From an uncultured Gemmatimonadales bacterium (GTDB lineage Bacteria > Gemmatimonadota > Gemmatimonadetes > Gemmatimonadales > Gemmatimonadaceae), in assembly GCA_963793305.1 (NCBI GenBank), contig CAWBZV010000002.1:859193-923192 (forward strand): 64,000 bases of DNA, read 5' to 3'. The translations under genes were made by a program, and so were the position numbers. Below are positions 29,649-39,848 of the stretch, one piece after another (position 1 is the stretch's first letter; each line of letters starts with the position of its first letter). The notes under the pieces were generated by a model. That model was not told the origin of the DNA and did no database searches. It saw nothing but the letters and a program-made list of their open reading frames with translations.

Positions 29649-31854
29649 GCGCCGAGCTTCTCTACGCTCGGTTTGGGCTGCGCGAGACTCGGATCTATGC
29701 AAGTTCATGGTCCGATCCGGCCAGGCGCGTGCTTGTATTCGACGTAAACGGAGATATTCGCACGCCCACTCTACGCGATCGACTTCTTTCCCTTGAACTC
29801 AGTAGACAGCTAGACCACGTAGTACTTCGCGGAGTTTCAGAATACCTGGAAGCGGACATACTTACTGGAGACGGTCGCCGCGAGCTGGCCGATCGTTTTG
29901 GCAGTGCGGCTGTGTCGGTCGTCGATAGAACTGATTCCCGAAAGCTTCAAGCCGTTGTACTACAGGGACCGATAGACGAGGAAACTGCGCGTTCGTTGTT
30001 GACGCTGAGTGCGCAGGCTGAGGTGGAAGCCGCACTCGCTTGGAGCAACGCGATTTGGTCCGACTCATCCCACCATTTTATTGTGCCATCCGGCCACCAC
30101 GCCGACAAGTTCGTTCGGGTCGCGGCCGTGTTCGCAGAGGCAACAAATGTCCTTCGGATAGCGGACTGGGTTGAGCACAGAGCGGCGCCGCCCTGCGTAT
30201 TAGTAGCCGACACATATACTTTGCTGCCGCTGTTGCAAGAGATTCAACTGCAATGGATGCGACGGGCGAGAGTAGAGCTTCCACGATTCATACTGCCGCT
30301 CTACGGAGAACCCAGCGACAGTGTACGAGATCGGCTAGCTGAGATTGTGCCGATCGCCCGCGACTCGGGCGCCCAGATCTTGGCTTTAGTCAGTGTTACG
30401 GCGACGGGTGGGTACGTTGCCGCGCTGCAAGAGGGCCTCAAATCATTTGCGGAGCAGCCAGCGCTTGATGTGTGCGCCGTGTGCGCAACCCTGGGCGAAG
30501 GGCCTTTGTCTCTCGATTCTGCCTTGTGTCGGATACCGAGCAAGAGCTTCCCTGATCGTGCCTCCTGTGAGATGTGTCAGGTCAAGCATTCCACTCCGAT
30601 TCCCATCGACCAACATCACTTCACTACTCGTCTCGGCACCCATGTTCTGACGCTTCCTAAAGCGCCAGCGTTAGAGAACGTGGCGTTAGTTATTCGCGAC
30701 GCCGATCAGTACGGCGCCCTTCGAGTGCATGTGGGTCGCAGCGATCGACACGGACACCTGGCAATATTCATCGATACCGCCCAGCTCCTGAAAAGCAAAG
30801 TATTTCAAGCGATCGCCACGGTTGGCTTCTATAAGGCGTGTACGGGCTTCACGCCGGACCTTGTGCTAATGCCATCGCATGACGGCACTGAAGCCGTCCG
30901 AGATTGGATTACCGAACATACGCGTGCACCCATTGAGGTCGTCTCTGAAGGTCGGAGTATGGGGGACCTTGACGACCGAATCCGACGTGCGCGCCGAATC
31001 TTAATTGTCGATGATGCTGTTATCTCAGGAAGGACGCTAATAGGGCTTCTTGAGCGCGTACAGCGAGCGAAGGCGGCCGCGATGGACACCGATTACCAGA
31101 TTCGCGGCCTGATACTGATAGCCCGTCCCGCGTATTCGACCGTTTGGCAAGGGCTTGTCGATCGCTTTTATATCAACAAACAGTATTGCCTAACTGGTGC
31201 TTGGGAGTTGAGACTGCCAGATATTGTCTCAGGCGGTCGCAATGCCTGCCCTTGGTGCGTCGAGTTGCGGTGGTTGCGCAGTGCTCTACCCGGCTGTCCT
31301 GACAGCGCCCGTCCGTACATCGAAAGTCGGATCAGGCGCCTTGAAGACTCGAACGGACTCAATGAGCGACTCTACCTTGGCACAGAGAATGCGCCCGAAT
31401 ATGCCGAGGCCAACGGATGGGATCCCAGCGTGCATACGACGCCCGGATCATATCTCGGCGATCTTTCGATGTGGGTGCATTCGTCGGCGCCTCAGCGTCT
31501 CTTCAAGCCATGCGAGATGAATGGAATTCCGACGCAAGGCGTTGGTCGATGAAGAGCGCCCTTCCGTTAGCTAAAGCGCTGCAGCGTTTTACGGATCCGG
31601 TAATAGTCGCTGCACTCCTGCGGGGAGTAGCCGCAGCGGAGCTCGCGTGTGAAGAAAATGAAGCCGAGTTGCCTCACGTCCTTGAGCGAATGGCGAACAA
31701 CTCACTCGAGCCCATGCTAGCCGCAGAGGTCTTGTCAGCAGAGCAGCAACGCAAGCTGCCGCGTGGAGTATCCACAGCGGCCTTTCGTGGGGCTTTGACG
31801 AAGTTTTCACCTGAAACGTGCGCCGGCCTGGAGTATTTGCTGGGAGATAAGTGA
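29645..31854 (+). CDS. tandem phosphoribosyltransferase-fold protein (frameshift near 31465)
   Basis: HFIVPSGHHADKF plus degenerate LVSVTATGG; second domain has intact ILIVDDAVISGRT; CEMC and CPWC motifs; C-terminus in ORF 31417..31854. Confidence 0.75.
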
Positions 31855-31904
31855 AAGTGTACGGCGCGAGAAAGGACTGGATTACACGTAATCCATGCCC
31901 AGAC

Positions 31905-31929
31905 CTTGGTACAAGAGATGGTACAAGAC
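31905..31929 (+). repeat. putative integrase arm-type site, right end
   Basis: CTTGGTACAAGAGATGGTACAAGAC. Confidence 0.75.
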
Positions 31930-32013
31930 AGTGCCTCAAATCTGCTCCTTTCGCTGCTTCTGTACGCCTCTTGTTCGCTCTAGAGATGGCCGGACTACAG
32001 GCGTCTGAATCGA

Positions 32014-32056
32014 ACTCATAATGCCGGGGTCGCGGGTTCGAGTCCCGCCCCTGCTA
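32014..32056 (+). repeat. attR core, 43 bp
   Basis: ACTCATAATGCCGGGGTCGCGGGTTCGAGTCCCGCCCCTGCTA, identical to the tRNA-Met 3' half. Confidence 0.95.
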
Positions 32057-32061
32057 TTTGA

Positions 32062-32094
32062 CAAGGCACGCGACCTACGGTCCTGCGTGCCTTG
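32062..32094 (+). terminator. hairpin after attR (probably the original tRNA terminator)
   Basis: CAAGGCACGC...GCGTGCCTTG. Confidence 0.55.
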
Positions 32095-32228
32095 TTCGTT
32101 CCCGCGCGGTACGTGGCTAGGGAGCCCCGGAGTCAGCTTGGAGGGAAGCAGGCATGGGCGTTCGCTCCGAGTAGCGCCGTAATTGCTGCCCCTGATTCTT
32201 CGCCACCTATTGTGATCTAGGAGCGCTC

Positions 32229-32666
32229 TCACCGCTCGACCAGATGCACGTCTACCGTCAGCCCCAAAGCGTGGGCTACGCGTTCGAGTGTGCCCACTTG
32301 GAGATCCTTGCCTGGGCGCTCGAGCTTCGAGACTGATTGACGGCTGACGCCGATACGCTTGGCGAGGGCGGCCTGCGACAATCCCATCGCCTCGCGCGCC
32401 CATCGCAACTCGATGCGCGCGGCAAGGACGGCGGGGACCCGCACGGCGAGCAGCTCGCCTGATGCGGGGGCACGAACGGATCGACGTGGCCGCGGAGGGC
32501 CTTCGTCTTCATCGACGAGCCATGCTTCGAGCCATCCGATCAAGGCGTCAGCTGCCACCGCGGCGACATCTTCGTTCGGCTCAGCGAACGTCTGACACCC
32601 GGGCGCGTCGATGAAGTCAACGAGTCGGCGCTTGCCGTCGCGCGTAACGATGGCGTGATACTGCAT
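32229..32666 (-). CDS. HicB-like antitoxin with C-terminal XRE HTH
   Basis: YHAIV...DFIDAPGCQTF...PPRP, then GLSQAALAKRIGVSRQSVSKLE. Confidence 0.85.
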   Translation of the reverse strand: MQYHAIVTRDGKRRLVDFIDAPGCQTFAEPNEDVAAVAADALIGWLEAWLVDEDEGPPRPRRSVRAPASGELLAVRVPAVLAARIELRWAREAMGLSQAALAKRIGVSRQSVSKLERPGKDLQVGTLERVAHALGLTVDVHLVER

Positions 32667-32769
32667 GTCCTGCTCCTGGTCCTTGGTATTCTGGAGCGCC
32701 GAGCTGGATTGCGTTCTGCTACCACGGCACGCCCACGCCACCATCGGCCACGACCGCATTCAACCCTTC

Positions 32770-33234
32770 TCAGCACCAGCGGCTCTCGCATAGCGCAGCG
32801 CTTGCGGGAATGTCCTCTGGTTCGAGCTCCGGGTACTCCCGCCGGATCTCGTCGACCGTCAACCCATTGGCGACGAGATTGACGATCAGCGACACCGTGA
32901 CCCGAAAGCCGCGAATGCACGGGCGTCCTCCCATGACTCTGGGGTCGCACGTGATGCGCTCGAATGGCGGCGCTTGCGCGCCTGGCGCCACGATTTGAGC
33001 GGCATCACGCTCGTCGTCATCGTCTGGATCCGATATCTGATCGGCCGGAATCCAAACGACACGATTCTCGAGCCATGACCACACGACGATCGGGCGTCCT
33101 CTTCGCTTATGATCGCGGATCGCATCGGCAACACCTTCACGCAAGGCGCGATCGATCTCAGTACCTTCCGCGAACATTCTCGATAGGTCAACGGGTCGTC
33201 TGCCGCGAGTCGGCTGAGTCATATGCGGTCCCAT
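32770..33234 (-). CDS. DUF433 domain protein with an extra N-terminal domain
   Basis: RITCDPRVMGGRPCIRGFRVTV...EYPELEPEDI; end probably frameshifted. Confidence 0.75.
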   Translation of the reverse strand: MGPHMTQPTRGRRPVDLSRMFAEGTEIDRALREGVADAIRDHKRRGRPIVVWSWLENRVVWIPADQISDPDDDDERDAAQIVAPGAQAPPFERITCDPRVMGGRPCIRGFRVTVSLIVNLVANGLTVDEIRREYPELEPEDIPASAALCESRWC

Positions 33235-33455
33235 CCAGTGCTGAAGCGCGTGGTGGCGTCGAGCGGTTACTGCTTCGAGAAAGTATCAAGCATCGCGTGG
33301 CGTCACGTCCACGTTGAGTTGTGAACGTGGCACGCTGCACCGTGAGCATCTGTGCGTAGAGCGGCGCGCTCGAGCGGCGTAAATTCTCGCCACTATCCAA
33401 CCACAATCATTCGCCAGGAGGCTGTCATGACGTAGTTCACTTATCCGGAGAACTG

Positions 33456-33842
33456 ATGGCCCATGGATCAAAACGGTGGATCATCGCCGTCGATGCCCGG
33501 CTCGCCCGCCGTCTCAAACGCTCCCGGCACCGCACGAGTAACGACCTCCTCGGCCCGCTCGTGCCATTCTCATGGCGACTAGGGCGCGACTGTCCCGAAT
33601 GCGCCGGACTATGGACCCTGTGGGACGCGTGCCGTCGCTGCCGAGAAGTGCGACGCACCGAGGCACGTCTGCGCGGTCGCACGTGGCCTGGTAGGGGAGT
33701 GCCTCACTGGTTCCGACGGCAGCTCGAGCGCCAGTACCGGGCCCGCGTGCGGCACATCCTCGCGATGGCCCGATACGACGGTGCGCGCTACGAGTTGCTA
33801 CCTGGGACACGGCGCAAGGACGCTGCCTGGTTGTTCTGGTGA
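33456..33842 (+). CDS. hypothetical basic protein with two CxxC motifs
   Basis: RBS GGAG; CPEC and CRRC; DAAWLFW end. Confidence 0.5.
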   Translation: MAHGSKRWIIAVDARLARRLKRSRHRTSNDLLGPLVPFSWRLGRDCPECAGLWTLWDACRRCREVRRTEARLRGRTWPGRGVPHWFRRQLERQYRARVRHILAMARYDGARYELLPGTRRKDAAWLFW

Positions 33843-33964
33843 CCCTAGCGGTGGTGCCGCACTTGGCACCGCGCCTCTGGCTCGACGCGTGGCGCTATGA
33901 GTCCTAGTGCGCGCGCTCGCTTATGTCAGAATTGACATATTCCCATTCACAACGTAAATTCTCT

Positions 33965-34306
33965 ATGTTCGATCGCGATAAGCGTGTCATTTGGCTGCGT
34001 GGCGAGGTGAAGACTCCGCCGTTCTCGTCGTCGGCGCGGATCGAAGCCGGCCTCCTGTTGCGTCGGCTGCAACGCGGCGAGTCAATGTCCCTGCCGCATT
34101 CGCGGCCGATGACGAGTATCGGTCAGCGTTGTCATGAGTTGCGTATCGTCGACGAGCAAGTAGAGTGGCGGATCGTGTACCGGATCGATTTGGACGCCAT
34201 CCTTGTTCTCGAGGTGTTCGAGAAGAAGACGAGGCAGACGCCGCAGCACGTCGTCAATTCGTGCAAGCGCCGATTGCGAGTTTATGATGGGGCGGGGCGT
34301 AAGTGA
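33965..34306 (+). CDS. RelE/HigB (Gp49-like) toxin
   Basis: PHSRPM..IG.RCHELRI...WRIVYR...VFEKKTRQTP. Confidence 0.88.
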   Translation: MFDRDKRVIWLRGEVKTPPFSSSARIEAGLLLRRLQRGESMSLPHSRPMTSIGQRCHELRIVDEQVEWRIVYRIDLDAILVLEVFEKKTRQTPQHVVNSCKRRLRVYDGAGRK

Positions 34307-34632
34307 CGCGGGAGGAATGTATGGATAGGGCAAAGCAGAAGCGGCTCGAAGCGGCGGGATGGGCGGTTGGCTCCGCCGCCGAGTTCCTTGGACTGTCCGA
34401 GGAGGAGGAGGCTATTGTTGAGATGCGCCTGCGTCTCAGCGACAGCGTTCGGCTACGGCGCACGCGATTGGGACTGAGTCAGTCCACGGTTGCTAGGCGC
34501 CTCGGATCGAGTCAGTCGCGCGTAGCGAAGATGGAAGCGGCGGATCCGAGCGTATCGTTGGACTTGCTATTGCGAGCGCTCCTAGCGCTTGGAGCGACGC
34601 GTCGCGAGATCGCGCGAGCCATCGCTGCGTAG
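34303..34632 (+). CDS. XRE-HTH antitoxin
   Basis: GWAVGSAAEFLGL...SQSTVARRLGSSQSRVAKME; overlaps the toxin stop. Confidence 0.88.
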   Translation: MTREECMDRAKQKRLEAAGWAVGSAAEFLGLSEEEEAIVEMRLRLSDSVRLRRTRLGLSQSTVARRLGSSQSRVAKMEAADPSVSLDLLLRALLALGATRREIARAIAA

Positions 34633-34749
34633 CGACGCGCGTCTCTGTGGGTTCGAGCCACTGCGATTTGACTAGGCGAAATAGGAGAGCATCGCGGCGG
34701 CGCCGTATTCCGACCGCATTGGGGCGCCGAGTGATGCCCTCGGGTCGCG

Positions 34750-35602
34750 CTATAACGAGCCGACGAAGGTGTGGATCAACTCGGCGATCTCGTCCGCGCT
34801 GGTATCCAACGCGAAATGCCCGCCGTCGAGGATGTGCACCTCAGCGCTCGGCACATCCCTCCGATACGCCTCCGGCTCCGAGAATGTCGAAGGAGAGCTC
34901 GTACTTGCCCCACAACACCAAGAGTCGGGGCTGCCGCTCGCGCATCCACGCCTGCCACTTCGGATAAGCGTCGACGTTGGTGCGGTAGTCGTAGAACAAG
35001 TCGCTCTGAATGTCCGCCTGCCCGGGCTGGCTCAGAAATCGAAACTCATCGGTCCAAAGATCCGGGTCGTACCGTTCCACGTTGGGATCGCTCCCAACAT
35101 GGCGCGTCCGCGTTGCCGCCAGCGACAGGAGATTGGTGCGAAGCGTAGATTCGTTCGCCGCGCGGTCCGCCCAAAAAGCCCGCCGCGCCTTCCAGTTGGC
35201 GCCCAACCCTTCGTTGTGCGACACAGCGTCTTGAACGATGAGCGCCTGGATCCGCTCCGGGTGCGCGAGCGCCATCCGAAATCCTACCGGGCCCCCGTAG
35301 TCCTGCAAGTACAGGATATAACGTGACAAGCCGAGCGCTTCGGTGAAGTGATTCATGATCTCGGCGTAGTGATCGAACGTGTACGCGAACTGCTTCGGAT
35401 CCGGCCAATCACTGTGCCCGAACCCCGGGTAGTCCGGCGCCACGAGGTGGTAGCGATCGGAGATTCGCGCGAAGAGCGGCTCGAACATCCGCGACGACGA
35501 CGGGAGACCGTGCAGCAACAGGATCGTCGGCGCGCCTTTGGGTCCGGCCTCCCGGTAAAAGATCGACACGCCGTCGATCTGCTTCGTATGATAGGCTGTC
35601 AC
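34750..35602 (-). CDS. alpha/beta hydrolase (frameshift near 34880)
   Basis: LLLHGLPSS, APDYPGFG, QDYGG; GHFALD in the shifted frame. Confidence 0.85.
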
Positions 35603-36064
35603 GAGCTCACCTCGAGAGTGATTTCCAGCTCGACGGGAACGCCAAGCGGCAGACTGGCGACACCGTACACCGAACGGCACGGCTGCTTGTCGTCGCCAAA
35701 CACGTCTCGCAGCAACTCCGAGGCCGCGTCGGCAATGCGCGGCTGATCGCGCACATCGCCGGAATGTCGCGACCGACACGACGAGGCGCACCAGCCGTGT
35801 CACTCGGTCGAGTGATCCCAAATGCTTTCGCGTCACGGCGAGGACATTGAGGGCCGCGAGATGAGCGGCCTTGCGTCCCCCCTCGACATCCAACTCAGCC
35901 CCGACGCGCCCAACGACTTTCGCCGCGCGCCCTTCGGTGGGAAGCATGCCCGTCAGGAACAGCAGGTTGCCGGTTTGTACTGCCTCGGCATACGCGCCGA
36001 AAGGCTCAGGCGGCGCCGGCAGCGTGATCCCAAGCTCCTTCAACCGCTGCTCGGCGCTCGTCAT
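35599..36064 (-). CDS. RidA/YjgF family protein (frameshift near 35765)
   Basis: AEQRLKELGITLP...Y...VQTGNLLFLTG; SLPLGVPVELE in the shifted frame. Confidence 0.85.
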
Positions 36065-36075
36065 AATCTCGCAAG

Positions 36076-37023
36076 CTATCTCGGCGCATACAGGAACGTG
36101 AGGGCCGCCGGCAGCCGCGCGGCCCAGGCTGCGTGCGTATGCGTGGCGCACGGTGCCACGACGACGCGAAGGCGCGAGGAGTCGAGTCCCGCGCCGCGGA
36201 GCATCGTCTCGAACTGCCGCACGTGATGAACCATGAACCGTCCGCTATTGTCGGGTGGATCGAGGATGGTCGCATCGCACGTCCGATCACCGCCCTCGTT
36301 CGTACCCACTCCGAGGTAGATGCGCTGCGGCCAGGATCGGAATGTCGCCGCGTCGGCAAAGAACTGGTCACCATAGACGTCGAGCGTCGGGCTCTCGATG
36401 AGCGCGCGGCCGAACACGCCCGGCCGCACCAGTATGACGTACGCGCTGATGAGCCCTCCGTACGACGAGCCGCCAATGCCGCTGTTGGCCGCGTCGGTGA
36501 GCGTGCGGTAGCGTGCGTTGATAAATGGCATCACCTCGCGAACCATGAAGTCAGGATAGCGCTTGCCTTGCGGATTCGTCTCCGATGAGTGCGCGAGCGT
36601 ATCCGGCCACGGCAGATACTCGTGCGCCCGCGCCTCGGCGCCGGCATCGTCGACGCCGACAACGATGAGCGGCGCGATGCGACCTGCCGACACGAGTTGG
36701 TGCACGGTCTCGTCTACGCGCCACTCCGAAGGACCGAAGACGGACGTGGCTGGATCAAAGAGGTTCTGGCCGTCGGCCAGGTACAGCACGGGATAGCGGC
36801 GGTCGCGGTTGGCCGCGTCGTCGTAGCCATCCGGCAGCAGGACACGGAGGTAGCGGGTGTTGCTGTAGATGGTGCTCGTGAACCGGTGCAGACGCAGGTC
36901 GCCAACGACGCCCGCCGAGCGGACGCGAACCGGGATGGTATCGGCGCCGCCGTGTCGCTGAGCCTGCGCCGAAGCTGCTAGGAGGCCGAGCGCCGCGCCG
37001 GTTCGAAGGGTCGTGAGTATCAT
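36076..37023 (-). CDS. secreted alpha/beta esterase
   Basis: signal peptide, YPVLYLADGQNLFD, GSSYGG nucleophile elbow. Confidence 0.85.
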   Translation of the reverse strand: MILTTLRTGAALGLLAASAQAQRHGGADTIPVRVRSAGVVGDLRLHRFTSTIYSNTRYLRVLLPDGYDDAANRDRRYPVLYLADGQNLFDPATSVFGPSEWRVDETVHQLVSAGRIAPLIVVGVDDAGAEARAHEYLPWPDTLAHSSETNPQGKRYPDFMVREVMPFINARYRTLTDAANSGIGGSSYGGLISAYVILVRPGVFGRALIESPTLDVYGDQFFADAATFRSWPQRIYLGVGTNEGGDRTCDATILDPPDNSGRFMVHHVRQFETMLRGAGLDSSRLRVVVAPCATHTHAAWAARLPAALTFLYAPR

Positions 37024-37091
37024 ACCGGACGTTAACGCAACGGTAGCACCTGTATTGGATAAACCGGACGGGAGTCGCTACTCTGCTGTGC

Positions 37092-37586
37092 ATGCTGATC
37101 AAGACGCTTGCCGCAGTTGCTGCGCTCCTCGCACTCAGTCAAGATGCCGGACCAGCCGCCCCGATCTACGGGATCACACTGCCTCCCGGATACCGCGACT
37201 GGCGGTTGATCTCCGTCGCCCACGAAGAAGGCACTCTCAACGACCTTCGGGCAGTGCTGGGCAACAATGTCGCGATCAAAGCGTACCGGGAAGGGAAGCT
37301 CCCGTTCCCGGACGGGACCATCATCGCGCGGCTCGCGTGGAATTACGTCACGTCAGAAGAGAATGACAAAATCTTTGGCCGTGCCCAGTCTTTCGTCGCC
37401 GGGCCACCCAAGAACGGCGTGCAGTTCATGGTGAAGGATTCAAAGAAGTACGCCGCGAGCGGAGGCTGGGGGTTCGCGCAGTTCAATGACGGCAAGCCCG
37501 CCGACGAGGCTTTGCACAAGACTTGCTTCCCCTGCCACGCACCTTTCAAAGCGAACGACCTCGTCTTCACGCATTACGCCCCATGA
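37092..37586 (+). CDS. cytochrome P460 family protein
   Basis: signal peptide, GYRDW, FPDGT, GGWGFAQF, C-terminal CFPCH heme motif. Confidence 0.9.
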   Translation: MLIKTLAAVAALLALSQDAGPAAPIYGITLPPGYRDWRLISVAHEEGTLNDLRAVLGNNVAIKAYREGKLPFPDGTIIARLAWNYVTSEENDKIFGRAQSFVAGPPKNGVQFMVKDSKKYAASGGWGFAQFNDGKPADEALHKTCFPCHAPFKANDLVFTHYAP

Positions 37587-37589
37587 AGG

Positions 37590-38471
37590 TCAACGTCTGC
37601 CAGCCGTCGACAGCAGGGTCGGCCAAATGTGCTTCATGTGCACCGTCCAATCCTTCGCCGCCACGCCCGTGAACTCCTCGGCCGCCTGCTGCCAAGGAAG
37701 GGCGTGCCACGAGTGGCGCAGCGAGCCACGGCCCATCACGTCCGTCATCTCCTGCATCGTGACCCCGTAAGCCTGCGCGCTGTTGTCGCCATGCACGTTC
37801 CGGCTGCCGCCGTGGCCGACGTGACCGAGGCCCAAGAGGTGGCCGACTTCGTGGAAGTGCGTCCAGAACTTGGCGGCCGAGTGCGGGATCATGTTCTCGC
37901 TCTCAATGTCGCGCTGGCTATAGAGCCGGCTGTTGGAGCGAAACGTCTCGTCGTTGGCGACACGGACGGCCGCGATCGTGTAGTGCGAGTCTTTCACATC
38001 GTACGCGCGGGAGAGCGCGAACTTGCAGTAGAGATGGCAGCGATGGGTGGGGGACGCGTCCGGCCAGTCGAGATCCTGGTACGTGTTCGGGGTCTTGAGC
38101 CAGAACACGCCGTTCCAGAAGCGCTGGGCGCCGGCCACTAGGTTGTTGGCGAAGCGATCGAACTCGCCCTTTCCCCAGGCTTGAATGCGGCGCTTCGAAG
38201 GATTCGCCGCCGTGTCGTCCGTGTCACCATAGAGACCCTTCTTGCCACTCGCCGGGTCGATCTTCGAGAAGAACACACGAATGAAAATGGTCAGGTCGGC
38301 ATTCGTCCGGCCATTCCGCACTTCGTCTTCCAGCGTTGCGTCCCACTTGCCGCCATTCACGAGCTGTGGGCCGCTGCGAAAGAGCGTGCCGTATTTGAAA
38401 ACGAGGTCTGTCATACCGGTCTCCAGGCCAGTGATTGTATTCCTGGAGAACAGTTTACGGGCGGCGCTCAC
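37590..38471 (-). CDS. zinc metallopeptidase-like protein
   Basis: HEVGHLLGLGH (HExxHxxGxxH) with Met-turn DVMG. Confidence 0.7.
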   Translation of the reverse strand: MSAARKLFSRNTITGLETGMTDLVFKYGTLFRSGPQLVNGGKWDATLEDEVRNGRTNADLTIFIRVFFSKIDPASGKKGLYGDTDDTAANPSKRRIQAWGKGEFDRFANNLVAGAQRFWNGVFWLKTPNTYQDLDWPDASPTHRCHLYCKFALSRAYDVKDSHYTIAAVRVANDETFRSNSRLYSQRDIESENMIPHSAAKFWTHFHEVGHLLGLGHVGHGGSRNVHGDNSAQAYGVTMQEMTDVMGRGSLRHSWHALPWQQAAEEFTGVAAKDWTVHMKHIWPTLLSTAGRR

Positions 38472-38492
38472 CTCTCATCTTTGTGCTCCAGA

Positions 38493-39243
38493 TCACCCCG
38501 TCGGGCCGAAGCGCTCGGTCTTCACGCGCAGGGGATCGTGGCCGAGGTCTACGAGCAGCGTGGCAACCGACTCGACGAGTGGCGTCGGGCCGCAGACGTA
38601 AATGCGCGGCGCATCCGCGGCCGACCAGCCGACCGCTTCCAGCATCGCGCGATCGATCCGACGGCGATAGCCGGTCCACGACGCAGGTGCGTCGCGAGTA
38701 ATGGTGTACGTCACGCCGACGTCCGGCGACACGAGACCGGCGAGCTCGTCGCGATAGATGACCCCATCGAGCGTGCGCGCCGAGTACAGCAGGCGCGCAG
38801 GCACCTGGGACGCGGCACGCGCGCGATGACGGAGCATCGCCATGAGCGGCACGATGCCCGATCCGCCAGCCACGAGGAAGAGCGGGCCGCCCTCGGCTAC
38901 GTCCCAGACGAAGTAGCCGCCGATCGGGCCGCGCACTTCGACGCCATCGCCAGGGTGAAGCACATCGATCAAGTACGGCGACACCTCGCCGTCGCCGATG
39001 CGCTCGATGGTCAGCGCGACCGTCGCCTCCTCCGGTGGAGACGCGATCGAGTATGAGCGCTCGGCTTGGTACCCGTCCTCGGCCACGAGTCGCACGTCGA
39101 CGTGCTGACCGGCGCGATGGCCAGGCCAGTCGGGGACACTCAGGACGAGCGTATGAGCGGTCGGCGTCTCGCGTCGAACCTCCACGACCTTCGCGACGTG
39201 CCACTCCAGCCGCTCAGGGGTCGCCTTGATACCGCTGCTCACG
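38493..39243 (-). CDS. ferredoxin-NADP reductase family oxidoreductase
   Basis: [19 protein letters not shown] and YVCGP motifs; start uncertain. Confidence 0.9.
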
Positions 39244-39844
39244 CCACGGATCGCCGCGATTGTGATAGCCGAGCTGTTCCCAGAATCCGGGCTCATCGTG
39301 CGTCATGAGCGTGAGGCCTCGCACCCATTTCGCGCTCTTCCAGAAATAGAGAATGCGGCACCAGCAGTCGCGCCGGCCCGCCGTGCTCGGGCGCGAGCGG
39401 CGCGCCCCCGAATCCAAACGCGACCCACGCCTGGCCATTGATCACGTCAGCGAGCGGCAAATTGGTGGTGTAGCCGCCATCGCTGAATGCGAGGACGTAC
39501 GTCCCGTCCTTGAGACCACGGGCGCGAGCCGCATCCAGCAGCGTGTCGACGGAGACCCCATCCCACTTCGTGTCGAACTTGGACCACTTCGTCACGCAAT
39601 GGATATCGACCGTCGGCATATCGTGCGGGAGCGCTTGCAACTCGTCCCACGACCAGCGGACCGACTGGCCGTCCGCGTCACGGATCGTGAAGTCCCACTT
39701 CGCCAGCGGCGTCCGCGGTGTGGGGCCGGCGGAGAGCACCGGGAAGTCTCGGGTCTCGTACTGGCCGGGTGGCAGGCGACCCGCCGCCCCGGTATCTCGG
39801 CGGCTGTGGAAGCCGCGTGCGATGAACGGTTTGTCTGCCATCAT
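39214..39844 (-). CDS. sulfite oxidase-like molybdopterin oxidoreductase (frameshift near 39350)
   Basis: [33 protein letters not shown] and GFWE motifs. Confidence 0.9.
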
Positions 39845-39848
39845 ACCC

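Larger units (their letters stand above)
10409..32056. mobile_element. integrative mobilizable element (~21.6 kb) in tRNA-Met
   Basis: 43-bp direct repeats, tyrosine integrase, xis, relaxase, MobC and VirD4; no VirB mating-pair genes. Confidence 0.9.

Noticed and set aside
34841..36151. RidA-hydrolase fusion protein (436-aa ORF)
   Set aside because: An indel near 35765 joins two separate overlapping genes.
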